NCBI GenBank assembly: GCA_963805625.1
Contig: CAWDVE010000021.1
Location: 288,001 to 352,000, forward strand
DNA: 64,000 nt
Reading direction: 5' to 3'
From: an uncultured Candidatus Rokubacteria bacterium
GTDB lineage: Bacteria; Methylomirabilota; Methylomirabilia; Rokubacteriales; DASRDR01
Shown: positions 13,797 through 23,538 of the stretch, one piece after another
Position numbering within the stretch: position 1 is the first letter of the stretch
Layout of the letters: each line of letters begins with the position of its first letter
The notes under the pieces: model-generated
Seen by the model: the letters and a program-made list of their open reading frames with translations, nothing else
The model's database searches: none
Told to the model about the DNA's origin: nothing
Position numbers and translations under genes: made by a program

Positions 13797-14419
13797 GGTC
13801 CCACGCCCGCCGCCACGGGCCGCTCGGCGCGGTGATAGAGCGCGAGATGGCGCCGGAGCTCGCCGACGCAGTGCTCCATCACCCGGATGTCCTTCTTTAC
13901 CTTCGCCAGGAGGATGGCGCCCTCGATCCCCGCAACCAGGAAACGGGCGAGCGCCTCGGGGTCGACGTCCGCGGCAAGGTCGCCGAGTGCCCGGGCGCGC
14001 GTCAGGGCCGCGGCCAGGTACTGGCGCCACTGCTCGAACCCCCTGGCGAGCCGCTGGCGGAACCCTTCATGGGTATCGGCTAGCTCGGTGGCGAGGTTGC
14101 CGATGGGGCAGCCGCCAACGCACTTCCGGGCGCGCTGGGTCGCCAGGACCTCGTCGAGGAAGACCTCGACCTGGCCGAGCGGGTCCCGTGTGTGATCCCC
14201 GAAGATCGGGGCCAGGGTCCGCGACTCGAACCGGTCGAACAGCCGATCGAGGATCGCGTACCCGAGGTCCTCCTTCGATCGGAAGTAGTGATAGAAATTA
14301 CCCTTTCCAGCACCACTCTCCCGGAGGACGTCGTCGAGCGAAGTCCGATGGTATCCCCGGACGGCCATCAGCCGGGTGGCCACCTCCAGAATCTGCTCCT
14401 TGACGGGCGAGGGGCTCAT
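13793..14419 (-). CDS. TetR-family regulator, NemR-like
   Basis: HTH GYHRTSLDDVL...KGNFYHYFRSKEDL; C-terminal CVGGCPIGN. Confidence 0.9.
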   Translation of the reverse strand: MSPSPVKEQILEVATRLMAVRGYHRTSLDDVLRESGAGKGNFYHYFRSKEDLGYAILDRLFDRFESRTLAPIFGDHTRDPLGQVEVFLDEVLATQRARKCVGGCPIGNLATELADTHEGFRQRLARGFEQWRQYLAAALTRARALGDLAADVDPEALARFLVAGIEGAILLAKVKKDIRVMEHCVGELRRHLALYHRAERPVAAGVGP

Positions 14420-14426
14420 TGGGGTG

Positions 14427-14470
14427 TACCGACCGGTCGGTAAACTAGCAGCGGCCCCGGAGCCTGTCAA
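14427..14470 (-). promoter_or_regulatory. tetR promoter with overlapping palindromic operator
   Basis: TTGACA(14470-14465)-N17-TAGTTT(14447-14442); perfect palindrome TACCGACCGGTCGGTA at 14427-14442. Confidence 0.8.
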
Positions 14471-14666
14471 GCGAGCCCCCACGTAATCCCGCGAGTGCCT
14501 CGCTCGCGCAACTTCCGCGGGCTTGATCATCCAGACGTCGGAGAATGGACACGGCGCTCTCCGACGGCGCTTGACGGGGGTGGAGCCCCCTGCTTAGCTG
14601 AGGCGGGTCCTGAATGTGTCCGGCGGGGGGCCGTCGGAACAGGCGACAGGAAGAGGGGACGGCGTG

Positions 14667-14963
14667 ATGGCAACTGGTGCGCGTAGTCTGCTCATCGGGA
14701 TGGCTCTCGGTCTCTGCCTCGGGGTCGGCGTCGCGCCCGGCTTCGCCCAGGCGCCTAGCCCCCCGCCGCCGGTCCAGGTGGAGAAACCGGCCCCGTCGCC
14801 CGGCCCCCAGTTCGTGTGGATCGCGGGCCACTGGGCCTGGCAGGGTGGACGTTGGGCGTGGGTCCCCGGACGCTGGGTCGAGGCGCAGGGCGCGTGGATC
14901 CCGGGGCGCTATCAGCAGACGCCCCAGGGCTGGGTCTACGTGGAGGGCCGCTGGAAGAAGTGA
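14667..14963 (+). CDS. Small secreted YXWGXW-repeat protein
   Basis: Signal peptide, Pro-rich linker, repeats WIAGHW, WVPGRW, WIPGRY, YVEGRW. Confidence 0.8.
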   Translation: MATGARSLLIGMALGLCLGVGVAPGFAQAPSPPPPVQVEKPAPSPGPQFVWIAGHWAWQGGRWAWVPGRWVEAQGAWIPGRYQQTPQGWVYVEGRWKK

Positions 14964-14984
14964 GCGCCCGGGCGGGCGCGGCCG

Positions 14985-16391
14985 TCAGAACAGCGGGGCG
15001 GCCGCCCGCAGCGCCGAGTCGAGCAGCGGCCCGGGATAGAGTCCCAGTAGCACGACCGCGACGGCGCTGACGACGAGCACGAGGGCGAGCGCCGGCGGGA
15101 CCGGCACCGGCGTGGACCGGGCCGGGGCGTCGATGTACATCTGCTTGGCGACCTGGAGGTAGTAGAAGAGCGCCACCACGGTCAGCACCGCCGCCAGCAG
15201 CACCAGCCCGTAGAGCCCCGCCTGGGCCGCCGCCCAGAGGATGTAGAGCTTGGCCCAGAACCCCACCACGAACGGGATGCCGCCCAGTGAGAGCAGGAAC
15301 AGGAGCATCGCGAGCCCGAGCGCCGGCGAGCGCTGGGCGAGCCCCCGGAAGGTCCGGAGCGCGGACGAGCCCTCGGCCTGGGCCACGGCCTCCACGACCA
15401 TGAAGGCCCCCATGTTCGAGAACAGGTACGCCACCAGGTAGAAGAGCAGCATCGCCACACCCTCCGCGGAGAGCGCCGCCACCCCGAGCAGCATGTAGCC
15501 GATGTGGGCGATCCCGGAATAGGCGAGGAGCCGCTTCGCGTCGGTCTGGGGGATCGCCATCATGTTCCCGGCCACGATCGTCAGCGCGCCGAGGAGCGCC
15601 GCCACCCCCGCCCAGAGCGCGGCCGGGGGCCCCGCGCGCTCGATGAAGACGCGGAGCAGCACGGCGAACCCGGCCGCCTTCGGCGCCACCGACAGCCACG
15701 CGACAAACGGGGTCGCCGCGGCCTCATAGGTGTCCGGCACCCACATGTGGAACGGGAACGCCGCGATCTTGAATCCCACTCCGCCGAGGACCAGGACGAG
15801 GCCCAGGAGCAGGAGCGGGTCGCCCGCGCCCACCGCCCGCGTCACGACGTCGAGCCGGGTGCTGCCCGTCACGCCGTAAACGAATGAGAGCCCGTAGACC
15901 AGAAACGCCGTCGAGAGGCTCCCCACCAGGAAGAACTTGAGCGACGCCTCCACGGCTCGCGCATCCCTCTTGACGAATCCGGCCAGGACATAGAGCGGGA
16001 TCGACATCAGCTCGAACGCCACGAAGAGGAGCACGAGCTCGCGGGCCGAGGCGAGCACCATCATGCCGAGGAGCGCCGTCAGCATGAGGACGTGGTACTC
16101 GAGGCCGCGGCGGCGCTCGACGGCATCCTGGCGCGCGAGGCCCCCGACGACCGCGAGGAGCGTCGCCAGGAGGAAGACCTGCTTCAGGAACACGGCCAGG
16201 CCGTCGACGATGAACGCGCCGTCGAAGAGCGGGCCGCGGGCGTCGATGACGAGCGACAGCCCGTAAAGTCCGGCCAGGCCGACGGCGGTGACCAGCCCGA
16301 TCTCGCGCGAGCCGCGCCCGCGCCCGCCGACGCCCAGCAGGAAAACGATGAGGGCGAGCGCCGCCACCCCGAGCTCGAGCGCCAGGAGCAT
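14985..16391 (-). CDS. nuoN: NADH-quinone oxidoreductase subunit N
   Basis: FELMSIPLYVL, EASLKFF, FKIAAFPFHMWVPD, KRLLAYSGIAH. Confidence 0.93.
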   Translation of the reverse strand: MLLALELGVAALALIVFLLGVGGRGRGSREIGLVTAVGLAGLYGLSLVIDARGPLFDGAFIVDGLAVFLKQVFLLATLLAVVGGLARQDAVERRRGLEYHVLMLTALLGMMVLASARELVLLFVAFELMSIPLYVLAGFVKRDARAVEASLKFFLVGSLSTAFLVYGLSFVYGVTGSTRLDVVTRAVGAGDPLLLLGLVLVLGGVGFKIAAFPFHMWVPDTYEAAATPFVAWLSVAPKAAGFAVLLRVFIERAGPPAALWAGVAALLGALTIVAGNMMAIPQTDAKRLLAYSGIAHIGYMLLGVAALSAEGVAMLLFYLVAYLFSNMGAFMVVEAVAQAEGSSALRTFRGLAQRSPALGLAMLLFLLSLGGIPFVVGFWAKLYILWAAAQAGLYGLVLLAAVLTVVALFYYLQVAKQMYIDAPARSTPVPVPPALALVLVVSAVAVVLLGLYPGPLLDSALRAAAPLF

Positions 16392-17935
16392 CACGGCAGC
16401 ACCCCGATCCGGTCGAGGAGCGCCACGATCGCCGGGTCGACCCGCGACAGCGCGAGGCCCGGCACGAACCCGAAGAGGATGAGGATGGCCGAGAGGAAGA
16501 CCAGGCTCACCCACTCGGGCCCCCGGGCGTCGGGGAGCGCCGCCCACTCCCCGTGCGGCCCGGCGGCCAGCGGGCCCCAGAAGATCCGCTTCGCCACGCG
16601 GAGCACGTAGATCGCGGTGAGCAGCGTGCCGAGGACGGCGGGGAAGAGCCACCACCGGGAGGCCGATTGCCAGGCGCCGAGGAAGGTCAGGATCTCGGCG
16701 ACGAACCCCGCGAGGCCGGGCAGCCCGAGGGACGAGAGACCGCCGAGGGTGAAGCACGCGGCGATCCCGGGCATCCGCCGCCCGAAGCCGCCCATCCGGC
16801 CGATCTCCCGCGTGTGGGACTTCTCGTAGATGAGCCCCACCAGCGCGAAGAAGAGCCCCGTCATGATCCCGTGGGCGAACATCTGGAAAACGGCCCCGTT
16901 GAGCCCGGCCTCCGTCAGGGTGGCGGCGCCCAGCATCACGAGCCCCATGTGGGACACCGACGAGTAGGCGATGACGTACTTGAGATCGTTCTGGGCCATC
17001 GCCGAGAAGGCGCCGTAGACGACGTTGATCACCGCGATCGTCCCCACGAGGGGCACCCAGTACTGCGTCCCCTCGGGGAGGAGCGTCATCGCTACGCGGA
17101 GGACGCCGTAGGCACCGAGCTTCATCAGGACGCCGGCGTGGAGCATCGAGACCGCCGTGGGGGCGGAGGCGTGCCCATCGGGCGACCAGGTGTGGAGCGG
17201 CCAGATGCCCGCCAGGATGCCGAAGCCCACGTAGAGGGCGAGGAACACCCAGCGCTGGGTGCCCGGGCTGAAGGTCACCTCGGAGAGCGCGAGCAGGGAG
17301 AACGAGTGCACGCCGCCGGCGAAGTAGAGGACGAAGAGCCCCACCAGGATGAACGCGGACCCCAGCAAGAGATACAGGGTCAGCTTCATCGCCGCGTATT
17401 CCTTGGTGCCCACGCCCGTCTCGCGGAACGCCCAGGCGAAGACCCCCTGGGGGCGCACCTCGCCCGTCGAGCCCCAGATGCCGATGAGGAGGTACATCGG
17501 CAGCACCGCGATCTCGTAGAAGAGGAAGAACACGAAGAGATCGAGCGAGACGAAGACCCCGAACACGCCGGTCACGAGCGTGAGGAGGAGTGCGTAGAAC
17601 TCCTGGTCGCGGAGGCGCACGGTCCAGGACGCGAACACGCCGGCGAAGATGATGATCGCCGTCAAGAGGACCATCAGGACCGACATGCCGTCGGCCCCCA
17701 GCTCGACCGAGATGCCGAGCACGCGCACGAGCGGGTACTGCTCGCGGAACTGGTACCCGCCGGCCGCCGGGTCGTACGCGAGGTAGAGGTAAAGGGACAG
17801 CCCGAGCGTCACGGTCGCCGCGCCGACGGCGATCAGCCGCACGCCGAGCGGGCGCGTCCGGCCGACCAGCATGATGAGGCAGGCCGCCACGAAGGGCGTC
17901 GCCGTCACGAGCGCGAGCACGGGGAAGTCGGTCAC
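16391..17935 (-). CDS. nuoM: NADH-quinone oxidoreductase subunit M
   Basis: FFLFYE, PLHTWSPDGH, MKLGAYG, IAYSSVSHMG; GTG start at 17935. Confidence 0.92.
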   Translation of the reverse strand: MTDFPVLALVTATPFVAACLIMLVGRTRPLGVRLIAVGAATVTLGLSLYLYLAYDPAAGGYQFREQYPLVRVLGISVELGADGMSVLMVLLTAIIIFAGVFASWTVRLRDQEFYALLLTLVTGVFGVFVSLDLFVFFLFYEIAVLPMYLLIGIWGSTGEVRPQGVFAWAFRETGVGTKEYAAMKLTLYLLLGSAFILVGLFVLYFAGGVHSFSLLALSEVTFSPGTQRWVFLALYVGFGILAGIWPLHTWSPDGHASAPTAVSMLHAGVLMKLGAYGVLRVAMTLLPEGTQYWVPLVGTIAVINVVYGAFSAMAQNDLKYVIAYSSVSHMGLVMLGAATLTEAGLNGAVFQMFAHGIMTGLFFALVGLIYEKSHTREIGRMGGFGRRMPGIAACFTLGGLSSLGLPGLAGFVAEILTFLGAWQSASRWWLFPAVLGTLLTAIYVLRVAKRIFWGPLAAGPHGEWAALPDARGPEWVSLVFLSAILILFGFVPGLALSRVDPAIVALLDRIGVLP

Positions 17936-19833
17936 GCCCAGAACCTCCAGAGGACCAGGACGAGGAGCACCCCTGCCGTCACGCCGTAGAGGTAGTCCTG
18001 GGCGCGGCCGGTCTGGATCTGGCGGAGGTCCGCGCCCGCCCGGAGGGTGGCGGCGCTTGCGACGTTGACCAGTCCGTCGACCACGTACCGATCGACCCAC
18101 CCCACGAGGCGGCCCAGCGCGAGGACGGCGCCCCGGTAGACGGCCACGTAGAGCGCGTCGAGCCCGTAGCCCTGGGCCGCCCACGCCGGCAATGGCCCGA
18201 GCCCCCGCGTGAGCGTCCGGACCGAGACCGCCCGCCGCTGGTAGACGAGCCACGCCAGGAGGAGGCCCGCGAGCGCGAGGCCGACGGAGAAGGGGGTGAG
18301 CCAGCCCGGCCCGTGCGGGAGCGCCGCGCCCGGGTCGCCTCGCATGAACTCCGGGAAGGTCAGGCCGAGCACCGCCCCGCCGAGCACCGTGCCCAGGATC
18401 GACAGCACCGCCAGGAGCCACAGCGGGCCCATCATCACGCCCGGCGGGTCGTGGGGGTGGCCGCCCGCGCCGCGGGCCCCGAAGAACGTCAGAAAGACCG
18501 CCCGGAACATGTAGAACGCCGTCAGGAACACCGTGACGGACAGGAGCACGAACGGTCCGCGGAGGCCCGCTTCCCAGACCCCGCCAAGAATCGCTTCCTT
18601 CGAGACGAAGCCCGCGAAGGGCGGCACGCCGGCAAGCGCGAGCGTGCCCACGACGAAGACGATCGCGGTCTTCGGCATGGCCCGCCCGAGCCGGCCCATG
18701 GCGCCCATGTCGTTCGTGTGGACCGCGTGGATCACGGCCCCCGCGGCGAGGAACAGGAGGGCCTTGAAGAAGCCATGGAGCAGGAGATGGAGCACCCCCG
18801 CCACGAGAGCACCGGCCCCGAGCGCGGTCATCATGTAGCCGAGCTGGGACACGGTCGAGTACGCGAGGACGCGCTTGAGGTCGGACTCGCCGAGCGCGAG
18901 CGTCGCCGCCAGGAGGGCGGTGAACGCGCCCACGTAGGCGATCAGGAGGAGCACCCACGGCACGGCCTGGAAGAGCGGGTAGGCCCGCGCCACCAGGAAC
19001 ACGCCCGCCGTCACCATCGTGGCGGCGTGGATCAGCGCCGACACAGGCGTCGGGCCCTCCATCGCGTCGGGCAGCCAGACATGGAGCGGGAACTGGGCGC
19101 TCTTGCCCACGGCGCCGAGGTAGATCAGCGTCATGTAGAGCGCGAGGTTCGCGGGGAGAGCGCCGCCCGCGACCGCGCGGAAGAGCGTGTCGAACTCGAA
19201 CGTCCCCGTCGCGCCCCAGAGCAGCACGATGCCGAGAAGGAAGCCCACGTCGCCGAGCTTCGTCACCCAGAAGGCCTTGACCGCCGCCCGGGCCGCCGCC
19301 GGGCGCTGGTAGTAGAAGCCGATCAGGAGGTACGAACAGAGCCCCACCAGCTCCCAGAAAACGAAGAGCTGGAGGAAGTTCGGCGCGAAGACGAGCCCCA
19401 GCATCGCGAACGCGAAGAGGGACTGGTAGAGGTAGTAGCGCCCGAGAGCCGGGGGCGGCTCGTCGGCGAGGTAGCCGAGCGAGTAGAGCTGGACCAACCC
19501 GGCGACGAGGGCGACCAGCGTCGCCATCACGGCGGCGAGCGAGTCGACGTAGACCCCCGCCGTTGCCAGCGGCACGGGCCCGGCCTGCGCCAGCCAGGGC
19601 AGGGTCAGCGTGGCCTCGCGGACGGCGCTGCCCCCGTGGGCCACGTACGCGGCCCGGGCGAGCCAGAGCCCCGTCACCAGCCGGGCGGCTGCGAAGAGGG
19701 CGACGCCGATCCCGGCGAGCGAGACCAGCGCCGCCAGGCGGCCCGCGCGCCGGAGGGGCGGCACCGAGCCGAGCAGGAGCGCGGCCCCGAAGGGACCGGC
19801 CAGGATCAGGAGGGCGAGGTCGGTCTCGGTCAC
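17932..19833 (-). CDS. nuoL: NADH-quinone oxidoreductase subunit L
   Basis: WELVGLCSYLLIGF, GKSAQFPLHVWLPDAMEGPTPVSALIHAATMV. Confidence 0.95.
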   Translation of the reverse strand: MTETDLALLILAGPFGAALLLGSVPPLRRAGRLAALVSLAGIGVALFAAARLVTGLWLARAAYVAHGGSAVREATLTLPWLAQAGPVPLATAGVYVDSLAAVMATLVALVAGLVQLYSLGYLADEPPPALGRYYLYQSLFAFAMLGLVFAPNFLQLFVFWELVGLCSYLLIGFYYQRPAAARAAVKAFWVTKLGDVGFLLGIVLLWGATGTFEFDTLFRAVAGGALPANLALYMTLIYLGAVGKSAQFPLHVWLPDAMEGPTPVSALIHAATMVTAGVFLVARAYPLFQAVPWVLLLIAYVGAFTALLAATLALGESDLKRVLAYSTVSQLGYMMTALGAGALVAGVLHLLLHGFFKALLFLAAGAVIHAVHTNDMGAMGRLGRAMPKTAIVFVVGTLALAGVPPFAGFVSKEAILGGVWEAGLRGPFVLLSVTVFLTAFYMFRAVFLTFFGARGAGGHPHDPPGVMMGPLWLLAVLSILGTVLGGAVLGLTFPEFMRGDPGAALPHGPGWLTPFSVGLALAGLLLAWLVYQRRAVSVRTLTRGLGPLPAWAAQGYGLDALYVAVYRGAVLALGRLVGWVDRYVVDGLVNVASAATLRAGADLRQIQTGRAQDYLYGVTAGVLLVLVLWRFWA

Positions 19834-19843
19834 GCGGCCCGGC

Positions 19844-20140
19844 TCAGCCTCGCAGGAGGTTCAGGTGGTCCGCGTCGACCGTGCGGCGCACGCGGAAGAT
19901 CACGATGACGATCGCCAGCCCGACGGCGACCTCCGTCACGGTGATCGCGATGGTGAAGAGCGTCAGCACCCAGCCGGCCACCGCCCCATTGAAGTGCGCG
20001 AAGGCGACCAGGTTGATGTTGACCGCATTCAGCATGAGCTCGAGGCCGAGGAGGATGCCGACGGCGTTCCGCCGCGTCAGGACCCCGAACAGCCCGATCG
20101 CGAACATGGCGGCGGCGAGGAGGAGGTAGGCGCTCAGCAC
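19844..20140 (-). CDS. nuoK: NADH-quinone oxidoreductase subunit K
   Basis: RRNAVGILLGLELMLNA, EVAVGLAI. Confidence 0.94.
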   Translation of the reverse strand: MLSAYLLLAAAMFAIGLFGVLTRRNAVGILLGLELMLNAVNINLVAFAHFNGAVAGWVLTLFTIAITVTEVAVGLAIVIVIFRVRRTVDADHLNLLRG

Positions 20141-20195
20141 GGACGCCGGGCTCCGGGACGGGACGCGGGCCGCTGGGACACCGGGTTCACGCGCT

Positions 20196-20687
20196 CTAGT
20201 CCTCGGTCCGGGCGAGGTAGAGGGCGCCGAGGAGCGCGGCCACCAGGAGGATGCCGAGGACCTCGAAGGCGAGCACCCACTCGGTGAGCACCGCGCGGCC
20301 GAGCGCCGCGGTGGTGAGCTCGGACCCCGGCAGGGTCCCGGGCCGCGCCGCCCGCAGGATGGTCCCCGCGAGCCCGGCGAACACGGCCAGGGCCGCCAGC
20401 GCGCCGGCGACGATCCCGCGGTTCGTCTGTCGGAGAGAGTCCCCGACCAGGCGCTCCGTCAGCATGATGGCGAACACCACGATCGTGACGACGCCGCCCG
20501 CGTAGAGGAGGACCTGCACGGCGGCCAGGAACTCCGCATGGAGCAGGACGAAGAGGCCGGCCGTCCCCACGAGGGCGAGGGCGAGCCAGAGGACGGAGTG
20601 GAAGAGGTTCCGCGCGAGCACGACTCCGAGGCTCGCCCCCAGGACCAGGAGACCGATCCCGCCCAGCCCGAGCGCCTGCGTGGTCAT
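20196..20687 (-). CDS. nuoJ: NADH-quinone oxidoreductase subunit J
   Basis: AEFLAAVQVLLYAGGV, FAIML. Confidence 0.92.
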   Translation of the reverse strand: MTTQALGLGGIGLLVLGASLGVVLARNLFHSVLWLALALVGTAGLFVLLHAEFLAAVQVLLYAGGVVTIVVFAIMLTERLVGDSLRQTNRGIVAGALAALAVFAGLAGTILRAARPGTLPGSELTTAALGRAVLTEWVLAFEVLGILLVAALLGALYLARTED

Positions 20688-20811
20688 CCTGATCGCCGCG
20701 CCGCGGTCGGGCGACACGTCCCTCCGGTGGTCGAGCGCCGTGCCGCCGCAGGGACGTGCACGCCGGTGGCAGGGCCTCGCGCGCGCCGGGCGCGGGACTC
20801 CGGGACCCGGC

Positions 20812-21351
20812 TCACTCGGCGGCGTCCCTCGCGGCTTCGCCCTTGGCGCCCCCCCGGGCCGGCGGCGCTTGCATGGCCCGGAGCCCAGTCCCGGTCGCCC
20901 AGGACGGCGTGAACTGCCGCCCGAGGGCATGGAGGCGATCCTTGTCGAGGAGAAGCTCCCGGCGGTCGGTCGTGGCGAGATCGAAGGTCCGGAGCATGAT
21001 GATGGCGTCGGTCGGGCAGACCTGGACGCACAGCTCGCAGAACTCGCACGCGTACAGCTCGAGCGTGAAGAGCTTCGCGTAGTTCCGCTTCTCCGCCTTG
21101 AGCATCTCGACCTTGATCACCTGCGGCGGGCAGATGAACTCGCAGAGCCGGCAGCCGATGCAGTTCTCCTCCGCCGTCTCCGGGTCGTAGGTGAGCGCGA
21201 GCACCCCGCGGAAGCGGTCGGGGTAGGGCCGCGTCACCCGGGGGTAGTGCACGGTCACGGGCGCCCGGAACAGATTCCGGAGCGTCACGGCCATCGCCGT
21301 GCCCGCCGCCCGCGCCATCTGGAACGCGGTTCGCACGCCGCCCTCAGGCAC
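20812..21351 (-). CDS. nuoI: NADH-quinone oxidoreductase subunit I (2x[4Fe-4S])
   Basis: CIGCRLCEFICP and CEFCELCVQVCP. Confidence 0.93.
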   Translation of the reverse strand: MPEGGVRTAFQMARAAGTAMAVTLRNLFRAPVTVHYPRVTRPYPDRFRGVLALTYDPETAEENCIGCRLCEFICPPQVIKVEMLKAEKRNYAKLFTLELYACEFCELCVQVCPTDAIIMLRTFDLATTDRRELLLDKDRLHALGRQFTPSWATGTGLRAMQAPPARGGAKGEAARDAAE

Positions 21352-22333
21352 CGGGCCCTCCGCCCGCCGCCACCACCGCCGCCGCGGCCAGCAGGAGCGC
21401 GACCGAGGCCGGCAGGAAGACCTTCCAGGAGAGCGCCAGGATCTGGTCCACCCGGATGCGGATGAACGACCAGCGGACCCAGACGACCAGCAGGAAGAGG
21501 AAGAGGGCCTTCAGCACGAACCAGGCCGGGCCGAGCGCCGCCGGGCCGGGACCGAGCCAGCCCCCGAGGAACAGGAGCGTGCCGAGACAGGCCACGCCGA
21601 AGAGGTGGACGAACTCGGCCAGCTGGATCAGGGCGAACTTCATTCCCGAGTACTCCACCCGGAAGCCTGCGACCAGCTCCGACTCGGCCTCGACGATGTC
21701 GAACGGGATGCGGTTCTCCGATGCGAGGGTCACCACCATGAACGCGACGAAGGCGAGCTGGCCGAGCACCGGGTAGAAGACGAACCAGCCGAGGAGGCCC
21801 TGCTGGGCGTCGACGATGGTCGAGAGGCGGAGCGAGCCCGTGAGCACGACCGGGACCAGCGCCACCAGGATGAACGGGACCTCGTAGGAGATGATCTGGT
21901 TCACCGCCCGCATGGCGGAGAGGAGGGCGTACTTGTTGTTCGATCCCCAGCCGCACATGAAGAGGCCCACGACCTCGAGCGACGAGACCGCCAGGACGAA
22001 GACCAGGCCGATCTCGAGATCGGCCAGCACCCAGCCCCGGGCGAACGGCATCGCCGCGTACATGAGGAACGCGGGGACCAGGAACACGATCGGCGCCAGG
22101 TTGTAGACGAGGCGGTCGGCGGCCGTCGGGACGATGTCCTCCTTCAGGAGGAGCTTCACCGCGTCGGCGATCGGCTGGAGCCACCCGTGCGGCCGCCCCA
22201 CCTCGTAGGGCCCCACCCGCGACTGGAGGCGCGCCGCGAACTTGCGCTCGAGGAGCGTGAGATAAGTGACGAGGATCAGGACGCCGTTGAGAAGGAGGAA
22301 CGGCGGCCCGACGGTCCACAGGAGGTCCGTCAT
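21344..22333 (-). CDS. nuoH: NADH-quinone oxidoreductase subunit H
   Basis: LERK...QPIADAVKLLLKE, NRIPFDIVEAESELVAG. Confidence 0.95.
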   Translation of the reverse strand: MTDLLWTVGPPFLLLNGVLILVTYLTLLERKFAARLQSRVGPYEVGRPHGWLQPIADAVKLLLKEDIVPTAADRLVYNLAPIVFLVPAFLMYAAMPFARGWVLADLEIGLVFVLAVSSLEVVGLFMCGWGSNNKYALLSAMRAVNQIISYEVPFILVALVPVVLTGSLRLSTIVDAQQGLLGWFVFYPVLGQLAFVAFMVVTLASENRIPFDIVEAESELVAGFRVEYSGMKFALIQLAEFVHLFGVACLGTLLFLGGWLGPGPAALGPAWFVLKALFLFLLVVWVRWSFIRIRVDQILALSWKVFLPASVALLLAAAAVVAAGGGPGA

Positions 22334-22337
22334 CGGG

Positions 22338-23528
22338 CTAGCGGTCCACCTCGCCGAAGACGGGGTCGATCGAGCCCAGGATGGCGACGGCGTCGGCGAT
22401 CTTGTGGCCCGGGAGGATGTGCCCCGCCACCGCGAGGTTCGAGAACGAGGCGCCCCGCCACTTCATCCGGTAGGGCTTCGTCGACCCGTCCGAGACGAGG
22501 TAGATGCCCACCTCGCCCCGGGGGCTCTCGACCCGCGCGTACGCCTCGCCCTTGGGCAGCTTCACCTGGCCGATCGACTTCACCCCCGGGCGCGAGGAGA
22601 TCGGCCCGGCGGGCAGCCCGTCCAGCGCCTGGCGGACGATGCGGATCGCCTGGCGGAACTCCTGCATCCGCACGCGGTAGCGCGCGTGACAGTCGGCCGC
22701 CGTCTCCACGGGCACGTCGAACTGGAACTCCTCGTACGAGGAGTAGGGCTCCACGCGGCGAATGTCGTGGGAGAACCCCGAGCCTCGGAGGAGCGGGCCC
22801 GAGACGCCCACCTCCTGGGCGAGCTCCCGGGAGATCACGCCCACGCCCTGGGTGCGCACCAGGAAGACCGTGTTCCCCTCGAGGAGCGCCTCGTACTCGA
22901 GAAGCCGCCCCTCGACGTGGGCGATCGTCTCCCGGCACTTGTCCGCCCACCCGGCGGGGATGTCGTAGCGCGTCCCGCCCACCTGGTGGAACCCGTAGAG
23001 GAGCCGGGCGCCCGTCAGCGCCTCGAAGAGGTCGAGGATCATCTCCCGCTCGCGGAAGCAGTAGAGGAACATCGTCGCCCCGCCGCCGAGCGCCCCGCCC
23101 ATATCCATGCACCAGGTGCCGAGCCAGAGGCAGTGGGAGGCGACGCGCTGGAGCTCCGCCACCAGGACGCGGAGATACTGGGCGCGCTTCGGCACCTCGA
23201 TCTGGCCGAGCTGCTCGGCCGCGCGCACGTAGCAGAGCTCGGCGGTCATCGCCGAGACGTAGTCCGTCTTCGAGGCGATCGACGGGTACTGGACGTAGGT
23301 CAGGGTCTCCCCGAGCTTCTCGTGGCAGCGGTGGAGGTAGCCGATCATCGGGTCGACGGCGACGATCGTCTCCCCCTCGAGCGTCAGGATCATCCTGAAG
23401 ACGCCGTGGGCGGAGGGGTGCTGCGGCCCCATGTTCATCACGAGGCGCTCGTTGCCCCCGTAGCCGTACTCGACGACGGTCCGCCCGGGTCCGGGGTCGC
23501 TCGTCATCGCCGTCGGTCGTGGGTCCAT
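22338..23528 (-). CDS. nuoD: NADH-quinone oxidoreductase subunit D
   Basis: NMGPQHPSAHG, GYLHR, C-terminal GEVDR; no NiFe CxxC motifs. Start could be 23507. Confidence 0.94.
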   Translation of the reverse strand: MDPRPTAMTSDPGPGRTVVEYGYGGNERLVMNMGPQHPSAHGVFRMILTLEGETIVAVDPMIGYLHRCHEKLGETLTYVQYPSIASKTDYVSAMTAELCYVRAAEQLGQIEVPKRAQYLRVLVAELQRVASHCLWLGTWCMDMGGALGGGATMFLYCFREREMILDLFEALTGARLLYGFHQVGGTRYDIPAGWADKCRETIAHVEGRLLEYEALLEGNTVFLVRTQGVGVISRELAQEVGVSGPLLRGSGFSHDIRRVEPYSSYEEFQFDVPVETAADCHARYRVRMQEFRQAIRIVRQALDGLPAGPISSRPGVKSIGQVKLPKGEAYARVESPRGEVGIYLVSDGSTKPYRMKWRGASFSNLAVAGHILPGHKIADAVAILGSIDPVFGEVDR

Positions 23529-23538
23529 CGCGCGCTCG

